Shown here: positions 36,880 to 46,677 of the stretch, piece after piece
Numbering within the stretch: position 1 is the first letter of the stretch
Layout of the letters: every line of letters begins with the position of its first letter
From: an uncultured Ignavibacteriales bacterium
GTDB lineage: Bacteria > Zixibacteria > MSB-5A5 > GN15 > JAAZOE01
Assembly (NCBI GenBank): GCA_964549765.1
Contig: CAZJWR010000002.1
Coordinates: 30,691 to 94,690 of the forward strand
Length of the DNA stretch: 64,000 bases
Reading direction: 5' to 3'
Program-made: the position numbers and the translations under genes
The notes under the pieces: model-generated
The model's input: only the letters and a program-made list of their open reading frames with translations
Told to the model about the DNA's origin: nothing
Database searches by the model: none

Positions 36880-36916
36880 GCAATGACATGATGTATTTTT
36901 GAAAATGGATGGTGTA

Positions 36917-37624
36917 TTATGGTCTGACAATCATCTCGATGCCGGATAGTCTGCGCGCGTTCTTGACACTATGCATCACGGAGGCGATGAGGGCATCGGT
37001 ATCGGTGACGCGAACCCCGCCCAGGCAATAGGCTCCGTGACGGAATAAAACATCGTTCATCGGCGTGCTCGGCCCGAGGATGAACGCCTTCGCTTTCGCC
37101 GCTGCGCATAGTTCAAGCAGACGGGGCAAGGTCTTGTTTATCAGTGACGTCGCCGATATGACCACAATATCCGATTCAGGTATGACCGCTTCGCAGGCGC
37201 TCGCCGGCAATTCGCCTTTCATCGGGTCCATCTCAAGGAAGAAAGCCTTTGCGGCTTCCTGCGCGATGTCATCATTGAGGGGAAACCTGCCGATGACGGT
37301 TACGGTCTTTCCTTTGACCATGCCAAAAATGTCGCTGAAAATATTTCCGGGCCGTCCCGACGGTTGGATCAGCGAATTCAGCGCCGCCAGCCCCAAGCCG
37401 GATTCGAGTGTTTCCCACCGCGTCAGGCGCTGCGCCATTTCAAAAGCGCTGCCGCCGACGAGATCACCGGCTGATTCAACTTCGCCGCAATACCCGGTTT
37501 TGAAGGTGTGAGCGATGCCGGTGTACTTGCTCTCCACCACGGTCCAATGCAGACCGATGCAGACGCGTTTCACGGGACAATCACCAGCCCGGACGCTTTC
37601 GAGCAGATCATCGATCAGTTTCAT
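36917..37624 (-). CDS. DUF4213/DUF364-family protein (Rossmann-like, so-called putative heavy-metal chelation domain)
   Basis: 235 aa. Its size and layout (N-terminal ...VCIGLHWTVVES..., C-terminal ...KTVTVIGRFP...VVISATSLINKT...) resemble DUF364 proteins. It is the last gene of the OFOR operon. Confidence 0.5.
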   Translation of the reverse strand: MKLIDDLLESVRAGDCPVKRVCIGLHWTVVESKYTGIAHTFKTGYCGEVESAGDLVGGSAFEMAQRLTRWETLESGLGLAALNSLIQPSGRPGNIFSDIFGMVKGKTVTVIGRFPLNDDIAQEAAKAFFLEMDPMKGELPASACEAVIPESDIVVISATSLINKTLPRLLELCAAAKAKAFILGPSTPMNDVLFRHGAYCLGGVRVTDTDALIASVMHSVKNARRLSGIEMIVRP

Positions 37625-37629
37625 GGAGG

Positions 37630-38469
37630 CTATTTCACGAATTGTTGGTCAACGAGCCGGGACCATTCGGCGGTAAATTCCGGTTTTTCGACATTCCGAA
37701 GTTCGCCGACCACGATTTTAGCGCATTTTTGTTTTTCTTCTTCGGACAGCCGTTCGTATTTAGAGCGGCCGATGGTATTCTGCTTGTACCACAGCAGATA
37801 GTCCTTACCCTGTTTGAGCTGATTTTTTCTCCCGTAGCCGACCGGGCAGGGGGAGAGAATCTCTATGAATGAAAATCCCTTTTTCTCGATCCCCTTCTTG
37901 ATCGCCAGCATCGTTTCATGAGGATAAGCGGTCGCCCATTTGGCGACATACGGTGCGCCCGCGCCGATAGCAAGCGCCGACAGATCGAAGGGGGTTTCGA
38001 TATTGCCATAGGGCGAGGTCATGGTGAATGATCCGGTCGGCGTGGTAGGAGAAACCTGCGCGCCGGTCATACCATAATTGTAATTATTCACGCAGATGAC
38101 GGTCATGTCGACGTTTCGTCGGGCGGCATGGATGAAATGATTGCCGCCGATTCCGGCCAAGTCGCCGTCGCCGGTGAAGACAATCACGTTCAGTTCGGGA
38201 TCGGCCAGTTTCACGCCGGTGGCGAAGGCGATGGCGCGGCCATGAGTGGTATGAAGGCCGTCAGCGTCGATATATCCGGGCAGACGCGACGAACACCCGA
38301 TGCCCGACACGAAAACGGATTTGTTGATATCCAGGCCGATCTTGTCGATGGCCCGAAGGGCGCAATTCAGCACGGTGCCGTTGCCGCAAGCCTGACAGAA
38401 AATCGACGGCCACATGCCCTGCTCAAGATATGTTTCCCGAATATGTTTGCCTTTCCGGAACATTCGCAC
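37630..38469 (-). CDS. 2-oxoacid:ferredoxin oxidoreductase beta (TPP-binding) subunit, set 2
   Basis: ...FCQACGNG..., GIGCSSR and TGDGDLAGIGGNHFIHAARRN are the TPP/Fe-S motifs. Confidence 0.88.
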   Translation of the reverse strand: MRMFRKGKHIRETYLEQGMWPSIFCQACGNGTVLNCALRAIDKIGLDINKSVFVSGIGCSSRLPGYIDADGLHTTHGRAIAFATGVKLADPELNVIVFTGDGDLAGIGGNHFIHAARRNVDMTVICVNNYNYGMTGAQVSPTTPTGSFTMTSPYGNIETPFDLSALAIGAGAPYVAKWATAYPHETMLAIKKGIEKKGFSFIEILSPCPVGYGRKNQLKQGKDYLLWYKQNTIGRSKYERLSEEEKQKCAKIVVGELRNVEKPEFTAEWSRLVDQQFVK

Positions 38470-38471
38470 TT

Positions 38472-39704
38472 TTATCCTTTAACGGCCTCGATGATTTCAT
38501 CGGGTGAGAATATCTGGCCGCCGGTTTTCCACAGCGGCACGACCTCGCATTGCCCGCCGATAACTTCCCGCACGCTGTGATAGACTTGACCAAGATTGAG
38601 TTCCGGAATGATGATACGGCCGGTTCGTTGGGCGAGTTCCGCCACATCCTTTTCCGGGAAGGGCCAGTTCGTGATTATCCTAAGATGATCGACGTTGATG
38701 CCGTCCCGACGCATTTTCTTGACGACATTATACACGGATCGCGACGTGACCCCGTAGCTGATTATGCCGACGGCGGATTTGTCGTCGCCGTCTGTATAAT
38801 CGCGTTCGACGCGGCAGATCATATCGCGATTGTCTCGGATTTTATTGCACAACCGTTTGACGAGTCGGTCATGATCCGGCTGGCTGTCGGTGCAGGGATA
38901 TCCGCTCTCGGTATGCGTCAGGCCGGTGATGTAGGTATGAAAACCGGTTCCGAATTTCGCCATTTCCGGAATCTGCGACCCGTCGGCGGTGTAAGGTTGA
39001 AATTCACCCTTGGGTCGGGACGGTTCCTTGCGCCGGGCAAGATCAATATCTTTGAAATCGGGGAGGACAACCTTTTCCCGCATATGGCCGATAATGCCGT
39101 CGGTCAGAAGTATGACCGGCACGCCGTAATATTCCGCGAGATTAAACGCGTCGATAGTAAAATCCAGGCATTCCTGCGCCGTGCTCGGCGAAAGGGCGAT
39201 AATCTCATAATCGCCATGGCTTCCCCATTTGGCCTGCATAATATCGCCCTGCGCTCCCTCGGTCGGCTGGCCGGTGGACGGCCCGGAGCGCTGGACATCG
39301 ACGATGACACACGGTGTTTCGGTCATGGCGGCATAACCGATATTTTCCTGCATGAGGGAAAATCCGGGCCCGCTGGTCGCCGTCATTGCCTTGGCGCCGC
39401 ATCGGGACGCTCCGATGATCGCGCCGATGGAGGCGATTTCATCCTCCATTTGCACGCATATGCCGCCGATTTTGGGCATAAGATGCGACATCATCTCGGC
39501 GGTCTCGGTGGCGGGGGTGATGGGATACCCGGCGAAGAATCGGCATCCGGCCAGCAATGCGCCATACGCTATGGCGATATCGCCCTGCACGAACAAGACA
39601 TTCTTGCCCAGCACTCGTTTGACCCGGTTGAAATCTTCCTCGGTGAACGGTCGGGTGGGTTTGTATGCCGATGTGACGTCGATGTTCGGTTTTTCGCTTT
39701 TCAT
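38472..39704 (-). CDS. 2-oxoacid:ferredoxin oxidoreductase alpha subunit, set 2
   Basis: The start at 39704 forms an ATGA overlap with the gamma stop. It has ...GYPITPATE... and TSGPGFSLMQENIGYAAMTETPCVIVDVQRSGPSTG. Confidence 0.88.
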   Translation of the reverse strand: MKSEKPNIDVTSAYKPTRPFTEEDFNRVKRVLGKNVLFVQGDIAIAYGALLAGCRFFAGYPITPATETAEMMSHLMPKIGGICVQMEDEIASIGAIIGASRCGAKAMTATSGPGFSLMQENIGYAAMTETPCVIVDVQRSGPSTGQPTEGAQGDIMQAKWGSHGDYEIIALSPSTAQECLDFTIDAFNLAEYYGVPVILLTDGIIGHMREKVVLPDFKDIDLARRKEPSRPKGEFQPYTADGSQIPEMAKFGTGFHTYITGLTHTESGYPCTDSQPDHDRLVKRLCNKIRDNRDMICRVERDYTDGDDKSAVGIISYGVTSRSVYNVVKKMRRDGINVDHLRIITNWPFPEKDVAELAQRTGRIIIPELNLGQVYHSVREVIGGQCEVVPLWKTGGQIFSPDEIIEAVKG

Positions 39705-40261
39705 TTCCCACCCTGCTGCGCTTTTTCGCACGCTTCCCGGCCAATCCGATATCCCTCGGCGAAGGCTTTCAAATTCAACTCGCGGAATCGCTCCGAAAAA
39801 CTCGACTCGACCGCCTTGACCATATTGTCTTTGCTGGCCGCTTCCGTGATGGCGCACAGACTGCCGAGCATGATGATATTGGCAACGACGCGATTGCCGA
39901 GCGCATCGGCGGTTGTGGAAAACGGCAGCCGATAGAGGGCTGCTGCATCGGGAGGGGTATTGACCTCTACCAAATCTTCATCGACAATCACCGTGCTGTC
40001 GGGTTTTATCTCCGACGCATACTTGTCGTATCCGGGTTGGGATAGCGCCACCAGGCAGTCGGCCTTGATCACCATCGGATAATCAATGGCCTCGTCGGCG
40101 ATGATGACTTCGGCTTTGGCCGCCCCGCCGCGCGATTCGGGGCCGTATGACTGCGTCTGGACGGCGCTCATGCCGTCGGCAATAGCCGCTTCGCCGAGGA
40201 TGACGCCGGCCCGAATCATTCCCTGGCCGCCGGTGGCGACTAATCTTATTTCGGTTCTCAT
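39701..40261 (-). CDS. 2-oxoacid:ferredoxin oxidoreductase gamma subunit, set 2
   Basis: IRLVATGGQGMIRAGVILGEAA...SYGPESRGG is the gamma-subunit signature. Confidence 0.85.
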   Translation of the reverse strand: MRTEIRLVATGGQGMIRAGVILGEAAIADGMSAVQTQSYGPESRGGAAKAEVIIADEAIDYPMVIKADCLVALSQPGYDKYASEIKPDSTVIVDEDLVEVNTPPDAAALYRLPFSTTADALGNRVVANIIMLGSLCAITEAASKDNMVKAVESSFSERFRELNLKAFAEGYRIGREACEKAQQGGK

Positions 40262-40274
40262 CGCGAGCGGGATA

Positions 40275-40823
40275 TCATCCTTTCTTCATAATTTCGCCGG
40301 CGAGCGCGCACCCTTCGCGCATCGCCTCCAGATTCACCTGCTCGGTTCCGGCGGGGACGTTTTCCAGAATCGCCTTTTCCAGCGATTCGGCCGACACCAG
40401 ATTCAGCAGCGTGTTCATGTAGCCGAGCATTACCATGTTGGCGATGATTTTGCGGCCATATTTTTTGTAGGCGATATCGGTCGCCTTGATGTCGTACTTT
40501 TTTATGCCCTTGGGATCGCGCTTGCTGTCGGTTATCACTAGGTCGGCGTCCAGTATCAACGTCCCACCCGGTCTCAAAAGGGAAACGAATTTATCATATG
40601 CGGGCTGCGTCATGGCCACCAGCACGTCGTTGCCGACCGGTTCCAGTTCGTAGATGTCGTCGTTCGAGATGATCACATCGCCGCGGCATTCGCCGCCCCG
40701 CGATTCGCTGCCGTAGGATTGATTCTGGATGGCCCTCTTGCCGTCATAAATGGCCGACTGCCCAAGAATATAGCTGGAAAGGACAATCCCCTGTCCGCCG
40801 AATCCTGCAAATCGTACGATCAA
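40275..40823 (-). CDS. 2-oxoacid:ferredoxin oxidoreductase gamma subunit, set 1
   Basis: VRFAGFGGQGIVLSSYILGQSA...SYGSESRGG. Its start overlaps the set-1 beta stop by 4 nt. Confidence 0.85.
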   Translation of the reverse strand: MIVRFAGFGGQGIVLSSYILGQSAIYDGKRAIQNQSYGSESRGGECRGDVIISNDDIYELEPVGNDVLVAMTQPAYDKFVSLLRPGGTLILDADLVITDSKRDPKGIKKYDIKATDIAYKKYGRKIIANMVMLGYMNTLLNLVSAESLEKAILENVPAGTEQVNLEAMREGCALAGEIMKKG

Positions 40824-41668
40824 CCGGCTGTTTCCTTTTCGATTATATCCGTCTGTTCCTGCGTGATTTTATGCAACTCGGTCACGTATTCGGGCCGATC
40901 CCGATCGCACAGCTTGCCGATGATGATTCGATTTTCGAGTTCCTCCTCGGACATGCCGCGCGTTTTGTCGATGCGGATGGCCTGTTCTTTGAAGCGATGC
41001 AGGAAATCGGTTCCCGTGCGCAGGCCGATGCGGCGGCCGTAGTTTTCGGGACATTGCGATACTATTTCGATGAAACTGAATCCCCGTTTTAGCATCGCGT
41101 TTTGCATCGATTCCATGAGAGGGAAAACGTGATAGGTCGTCCAACGGGCGACATAACTGGCCCCCGCCGCCGCGACCAGATCGGCCACCCGAAACGGCGG
41201 TTCGACATTGCGGTGGGGAGTCGTGGTCGTTTTGACTCCGACCGGTGTAGTCGGCGCGGCCTGGCCGCCGGTCATACCGTAGATCATGTTGTTCACCATG
41301 AACACCGACAGGTCGATATTGCGCCGGGCGGCATGGATGAGATGATTGCCGCCGATACCGGCGATATCGCCGTCTCCGGCGATCACGACGACCTTAAGAT
41401 CGGGCCGCATGACTTTGACGCCGCTGGCAAAGGCGATAGGACGGCCGTGCGTCGTATGCAAAGTGTCGGCTTTAAAATAGGGGCTGGGTATCCAGGCCGA
41501 ACAGCCGATCCCGGACACACAGACCATTTTGGTCGGGTCCAAGCCGATTCCCTCCACGGCGTTGACGAACGCATTTAGAACGGTTCCGCAGCCGCATCCG
41601 ACGCAGAAGCGATGCGGCATGATTTCTTCGCGGACATAGCCCATTAGTCGGTGACGGGGATGGCTCAT
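40820..41668 (-). CDS. 2-oxoacid:ferredoxin oxidoreductase beta subunit, set 1
   Basis: The start at 41668 forms a TGATG overlap with the alpha stop. It has FCVGCGCG, GIGCSAW and AGDGDIAGIGGNHLIHAARRN. Confidence 0.88.
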   Translation of the reverse strand: MSHPRHRLMGYVREEIMPHRFCVGCGCGTVLNAFVNAVEGIGLDPTKMVCVSGIGCSAWIPSPYFKADTLHTTHGRPIAFASGVKVMRPDLKVVVIAGDGDIAGIGGNHLIHAARRNIDLSVFMVNNMIYGMTGGQAAPTTPVGVKTTTTPHRNVEPPFRVADLVAAAGASYVARWTTYHVFPLMESMQNAMLKRGFSFIEIVSQCPENYGRRIGLRTGTDFLHRFKEQAIRIDKTRGMSEEELENRIIIGKLCDRDRPEYVTELHKITQEQTDIIEKETAG

Positions 41669-42831
41669 CAAACCACCTCCATGACCGCATAATGGATTTC
41701 GTCCACGGTGTGGGGGACGCCGCCGATTTTCGGTACGGAAACCACGAGACAATCGACAAACCGTTCGATTTCGCGCGATAATTGGCCGAGATTCATTTCC
41801 GGCACCAGAATAATATCCAAATCCTTTCCGAATTCCTCCACCTGTTTCCGGGCAAATGGCCAGATGGTGATGAGACGCAGAAAATCGATATTTTTCCCCT
41901 GAGCGCGGGCCTGCTTGACTGCGCCGAGAGCGGGCCGGGATGTTGCGCCGTAGGATATGACCCCAACGCGAGCTTTTCCATTCGTGTCGATATCCGGTTC
42001 GACCTTGATGATATCCTCCCGGTTATCGTCGATCTTGCGGTAAATTCTTCTGACAAGTTTATCGTGCACATGCTGAGATGTTACATCCCGCATGCCGTTG
42101 TCGAGATGAGTCGAGCCGGTGACGTGGACGTTGTATCCCTCGCCGTAATGGACAATTCCGGGAACAAGTTCCTCTCCGCCGAAGACGTCCTCCCCCGGCG
42201 CGGCCAATTTCCTCGAAGCATGACTGATCAACGACAGCGCCGGCATGGTGAGGCGTTCCCGGATATGGCCGATCTCGCCGTCCATCAAGAATATTACCGG
42301 CGTCCGGTAGACATCGGCCAGATCGAAGCATGCGAACATGAGATCGAAACATTCCTGGGCGGAATTGGGCGCCAGCGCGATGATATTATGATCGCCGTGG
42401 GTTCCCCAGCGGGCCTGCATGACGTCCCCCTGGGCCGGTTTGGTGGCCTGGCCGGTCGACGGTCCGCTCCGTTGAACATTGACGATTACGCACGGGGTTT
42501 CGGTCATGACGGCATAGCCGATGTTTTCCTGCATGAGTGAAAAACCGGGCCCGCTGGTGGCGGTCATGGTGCGGCCGCCGGTCCATGAGGCGCCGACGAT
42601 TGCGGCCATACTGGCCAGTTCGTCCTCCATTTGGACGCAATAACCGCCGGCTTTGGGGAGTTCCCGGGCGATCAACTCGGCCACTTCGCTGGCGGGCGTG
42701 ATGGGATATCCGGCGAAGAAATCGCATCCGGCGAAAATGGCGCCGTAGGCGCAGGCCTGATCGCCGAGCATAAAGTAGGTTTTGCCCCCCATGAACTCGA
42801 TATAACGGCTTCTTTTTTCGTCAATGGCCAT
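41668..42831 (-). CDS. 2-oxoacid:ferredoxin oxidoreductase alpha subunit, set 1
   Basis: ...GYPITPASE... and TSGPGFSLMQENIGYAVMTETPCVIVNVQRSGPSTG. Confidence 0.88.
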   Translation of the reverse strand: MAIDEKRSRYIEFMGGKTYFMLGDQACAYGAIFAGCDFFAGYPITPASEVAELIARELPKAGGYCVQMEDELASMAAIVGASWTGGRTMTATSGPGFSLMQENIGYAVMTETPCVIVNVQRSGPSTGQATKPAQGDVMQARWGTHGDHNIIALAPNSAQECFDLMFACFDLADVYRTPVIFLMDGEIGHIRERLTMPALSLISHASRKLAAPGEDVFGGEELVPGIVHYGEGYNVHVTGSTHLDNGMRDVTSQHVHDKLVRRIYRKIDDNREDIIKVEPDIDTNGKARVGVISYGATSRPALGAVKQARAQGKNIDFLRLITIWPFARKQVEEFGKDLDIILVPEMNLGQLSREIERFVDCLVVSVPKIGGVPHTVDEIHYAVMEVV

Positions 42832-42862
42832 GCTATTCGCTCTTTCCCGCCGCTGCCCGCCG

Positions 42863-43183
42863 CTATTCGTTGGTGATGGTTATGGCGAATTCGGGACACA
42901 GAAGCTCGCACAGGCGGCATCCCACGCATTCATCTCCCTTGACGACGATGGGAAGATAGTACCCTTTTCGATTCAGCTTGTCGGATTTCACGAACACTTT
43001 CAACGGGCAGAACTCGATGCAGATTTCACACCCTTTGCAAAGATTTTCCTCAATCTCTATCGGTCCGCTGTTTCCTTTGGGTTGATCGGTCGTATCCAAA
43101 TGGTCTCCGCAGATGCTGCTATATTCCAAGTTGCGCTTGTTCGCTCCGCTCCCGACGGTATCGGCTATCGTTCCTCCTGGCAT
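42863..43183 (-). CDS. 2-oxoacid:ferredoxin oxidoreductase delta subunit (2x[4Fe-4S] ferredoxin)
   Basis: CKGCEICIEFCP and CVGCRLCELLCP are the two cluster motifs. It is the first gene of the operon. Confidence 0.8.
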   Translation of the reverse strand: MPGGTIADTVGSGANKRNLEYSSICGDHLDTTDQPKGNSGPIEIEENLCKGCEICIEFCPLKVFVKSDKLNRKGYYLPIVVKGDECVGCRLCELLCPEFAITITNE

Positions 43184-43561
43184 GAATACTCACGGACATG
43201 CCGTGGTTTCCCACAGAGTCAAGTATAATGAATCACACGGCGATATTCAACTCAATTTTCATCGCTATGCGCGCCGCATTTCCTGCCTCGGCGACAGCCG
43301 CGACCTCCCGAATTGCGATCTGCACTGTCGAATCGAGCGGCGACGGGCCGGGCGAGGGGGGAAAATGGAGTTGATTTTGTCGGGTCAAATCGTTATTATC
43401 GACGTTTAGCGCCAGCCGGCTGATTTTCGTATCAGTTGTCGCTGCAGATTCGGCAGGATGAACGCCGGACAGGGAGACGGGGAGGTTGAAAAAGCGTCGA
43501 AAACGGATATTGTGTGTGAAAAGTAAAAGTGGAATATAGTCTCCAAAGTTCAGGAGGAAAG

Positions 43562-44707
43562 ATGCCCTACAATATTGACCCAAGACAGCAGCCGATTCGC
43601 GATAAGATAAAAGTTTTTGCCGAAAAAGAAGTACTCCCGGTGTGTCTGGAACTCGACCGCGGGAAAGAGTCTTTTTCCCATGAACACTATCAGAAACTGG
43701 CCAAGGAGGGACTGGTCGGTTTCGGCATGCCCAAGGAATACGGCGGCGGCGGGTATTCCAACCTCGAATATATCACCATGATCGAGGAATTGACCTACTA
43801 CGATCCACCGACGGGGCTTATGGCGGCCATCCCGCAACTGGCGACCTATCCCGTGTTTACATTCGGGACCGAGGAGCAGAAGAAAAAATTCGTCCCCAAA
43901 TGCGCTTCGGGCGAGATGATCCCGTCGTTCGTGTTGACCGAACGCAATGCCGGCTCCGACGCCTCTAACCAGAGCACGATGGCGATCATAGACGGCGATC
44001 ACTTCGTGATAAACGGCGAGAAAATCTTCATTATGCACGGCGACGTCTGCAATTTGGCCGTCCTGTTCTGCAAAATCGGCGAGAAGGACGAAAGCCGGAC
44101 GCGGATTTCGACCATTTTGGTCGAGACCGACACGCCCGGCTGGAAAGCGCGCACGCTGCAGCACAAAATGGGCATGCGGGCGGCGACGACGGCGGAGATC
44201 ACGCTGGAGAACGTCAAGGTCCCGCGTGAAAATCAATTGGGCGATACCGGCCGGGGTTTCATCATCGCCATGAACACTCTCGACGGCGCCCGCATCGGCG
44301 TCGCTGCACAGGCGGTCGGGATTTGCCAGAGAGCTTTGGACGAATCGATCAAGTATGCCAAGAATCGCATCGCCTTCGGCGCGCCGATCGCCAAGCTCCA
44401 GGCGATTCAGTGGATGATCGCCGACATGGCCACCCGCACCGAAGCGGCCCGGATGATGACGTATAAGGCCGCCATGGTGCAGGACAGCGGCGCGAAATAC
44501 ACGGTCGAGGCGGCGCAGGCCAAAATGTACGCCACCGAGATGGCGCGATTCTGCGTCGACCGGGCCATGCAGATTCATTCGGGATACGGATATATCGGCG
44601 AATTCTCGATTATCGAAAAGCTGTACCGCGATCAGCGGGTCACGGAAATCTACGAAGGCACCAACGAGGTTCAGCGACTGGTGATTGCCAACAGTCTGTT
44701 GCGATAG
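43562..44707 (+). CDS. acyl-CoA dehydrogenase
   Basis: The start at 43562 has AGGAGG upstream. It has ...LTERNAGSDAS... and the C-terminal ...YEGTNEVQRLVIA. Confidence 0.88.
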   Translation: MPYNIDPRQQPIRDKIKVFAEKEVLPVCLELDRGKESFSHEHYQKLAKEGLVGFGMPKEYGGGGYSNLEYITMIEELTYYDPPTGLMAAIPQLATYPVFTFGTEEQKKKFVPKCASGEMIPSFVLTERNAGSDASNQSTMAIIDGDHFVINGEKIFIMHGDVCNLAVLFCKIGEKDESRTRISTILVETDTPGWKARTLQHKMGMRAATTAEITLENVKVPRENQLGDTGRGFIIAMNTLDGARIGVAAQAVGICQRALDESIKYAKNRIAFGAPIAKLQAIQWMIADMATRTEAARMMTYKAAMVQDSGAKYTVEAAQAKMYATEMARFCVDRAMQIHSGYGYIGEFSIIEKLYRDQRVTEIYEGTNEVQRLVIANSLLR

Positions 44708-44735
44708 AGATTGCGTTTCCGTTTTCACAAATCGA

Positions 44736-44776
44736 GGCCCTTCGCCGGGTGATGTTTCGCACTCCGGCGGAGGGCC
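44736..44776 (+). terminator. long hairpin downstream of the acyl-CoA dehydrogenase (possible terminator)
   Basis: GGCCCTTCGCCGG-15 nt loop-CCGGCGGAGGGCC is a 13-bp stem with one G:T pair, followed by GATATTTGA. The T tract is weak. Confidence 0.35.
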
Positions 44777-44944
44777 GATATTTGATGGGGTCTTTGATCG
44801 GCGAGTTCGCGGAAAGCCCGGACCGAAGCGCGGGAGGGCCGAAAATCGAGTGTGCGGCAATTGGACTCTGCGCTTGATTTTTTCGCAACGTATTGTATAT
44901 TAGAAGGTTTCGATGCATTTACCAGAATCTGATGGAGTTTACGT

Positions 44945-46612
44945 ATGTTCGATAAATCGTTTTTGAAGGAACTGAAAAAGCGCCGCGAGAAATGGGCTGA
45001 GGTGAACGGCAAGTATCCCCAGAATTCCCGGCCGCGTTTTATGACCGTTTCCGGCGACGAGGTCGATATCCTCTACGGCCCGGATTCGGTGTCCATGGAT
45101 AATTACCTGGAAAAGATCGGTTTCCCCGGTGAGTTTCCTTATACCCGCGGCGTGCATCATTCGATGTACCGTGGCAGAATGTGGACCATGCGCCAGTTTT
45201 CGGGGATGGGGACGCCGAGGCAGACCAACCAGCGCTATCATTATTTGCTCAAACAGGGTCAGACGGGCCTATCGGTGGCGTTCGATCTGCCGACGCTGAT
45301 GGGATACGATTCCGATCATGAACGTTCCCTGGGCGAAATCGGCAAATGCGGCGTGGCCGTCGATACCTTGGCCGATATGGAGGTCATTTTCGACGGCATC
45401 GATCCGTCGAAGATTTCAACCTCCATGACCATTAACGCCCCGGCGTCGATCCTGCTGGCCATGTATATCGCCATGGCCGAAAACAAAGGCGTGTCATCGG
45501 AAAAATTGACCGGCACGCTGCAGAACGACATTCTGAAAGAGTATATCGCCCAGAAGGAATGGATTTTCCCGCCGGAGCCGTCGATCCGCCTGATCACCGA
45601 CCTGATGGCGTTCAGCGCCGATAATGTCCCGAAATGGAATACGATTTCGATTTCGGGGTATCATATCCGCGAGGCGGGCGCGACGGCGGCGCAGGAACTG
45701 GCCTTCACGCTGGCCGACGGCTTTACCTACGTCGAATCGGCGATCAAGGCCGGGCAGGACGTGGATGTGTTCGCGCCGCGCCTGTCGTTTTTCTTCAACG
45801 CCCACCAGGATTTCTTCGAGGAAATCGCCAAATATCGCGCCGCCCGCAGAATCTGGGCCCGCCGGATGCGGTACAAATACAACGCCAAGAGCGAAAAGAG
45901 CTGGCTGTTGCGGTTCCATACCCAGACGGCCGGATGTTCGCTGACCGCCCAGCAGCCGGAGAACAACCTGATGCGGACGGCGTTCGAAGCCCTATCGGGT
46001 GTCCTGGGCGGGACGCAATCGCTTCACACGAACTCCATGGATGAAACTCTGGCGCTGCCGTCGGATAAGGCTGCACTGCTGGCGCTCCGTACCCAGCAGA
46101 TTATCATGCATGAAACCGGCGTGGCCAACACAATCGATCCGCTGGCGGGATCGTACTTCATGGAGGCGCTGACCGACAAGATCGAGGCGGAAGCCGAGGC
46201 GTATTTCGATGAGATTGACAAGCGCGGCGGCGTCCTGCGATGCATCGAGGAAGGTTATCTCCAGCGCGAAATCGCGAAATCGGCCTATCGCTATCAGTTA
46301 GAAATCGAGCGCAATGAGCGCATCATCGTCGGCGTCAACGGCCTCGTCATGGACGAGGATATCGATATCCCGGTTCTCCGGATCGACGAGAAAGAGGCGA
46401 ATGAACAATTGGCCGGTCTCAAGAAGGTCAAAGAGAGCCGCGACAACGACAAAGTTACCCGCACGCTGGCCGATTTGACCGAGTGCGCCAAAGGCGACGG
46501 CAACACCCTCAAAGCGATCCTCGATTGCGTCCGGGTGTATGCCACGGAGGGCGAAATCGTCGACGCGCTGCGGCCGGTTTTCGGCGAATATACCGAGCCG
46601 CCGATGTTTTAG
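44945..46612 (+). CDS. B12-dependent acyl-CoA mutase large (substrate-binding) subunit with an isobutyryl-CoA-mutase-type Phe/Gln signature
   Basis: FPYTRGVHHSMYRGRMWTMRQFSG...GLSVAFDLPTLMGYDSD...GTLQNDILKEYIAQKEW. F85 and Q203 lie 118 residues apart. They occupy the positions of Tyr89 and Arg207 of methylmalonyl-CoA mutase. Confidence 0.8.
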   Translation: MFDKSFLKELKKRREKWAEVNGKYPQNSRPRFMTVSGDEVDILYGPDSVSMDNYLEKIGFPGEFPYTRGVHHSMYRGRMWTMRQFSGMGTPRQTNQRYHYLLKQGQTGLSVAFDLPTLMGYDSDHERSLGEIGKCGVAVDTLADMEVIFDGIDPSKISTSMTINAPASILLAMYIAMAENKGVSSEKLTGTLQNDILKEYIAQKEWIFPPEPSIRLITDLMAFSADNVPKWNTISISGYHIREAGATAAQELAFTLADGFTYVESAIKAGQDVDVFAPRLSFFFNAHQDFFEEIAKYRAARRIWARRMRYKYNAKSEKSWLLRFHTQTAGCSLTAQQPENNLMRTAFEALSGVLGGTQSLHTNSMDETLALPSDKAALLALRTQQIIMHETGVANTIDPLAGSYFMEALTDKIEAEAEAYFDEIDKRGGVLRCIEEGYLQREIAKSAYRYQLEIERNERIIVGVNGLVMDEDIDIPVLRIDEKEANEQLAGLKKVKESRDNDKVTRTLADLTECAKGDGNTLKAILDCVRVYATEGEIVDALRPVFGEYTEPPMF

Positions 46613-46677
46613 GTCGCGGACGGGTGAGCGACAAATTGATTGAGCATATGTCGAAACTTTGAATGGAATAAAACGCA

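Noticed and set aside
36706-36891. 61-aa ORF in the repeat-rich intergenic region.
   Set aside because: It has no SD and its sequence is composed of the dispersed repeat (..CESGNPPSTACGD..). The same repeat at 6904-6957 is not in a corresponding ORF, so the reading frame is incidental.
44708-44944. Cobalamin riboswitch upstream of the B12-dependent mutase.
   Set aside because: I could not find a B12-box-like GCCACTG core or the expected multi-stem arrangement. The most prominent structure is a simple long hairpin that looks like the terminator of the upstream gene. This needs cmscan to be certain.
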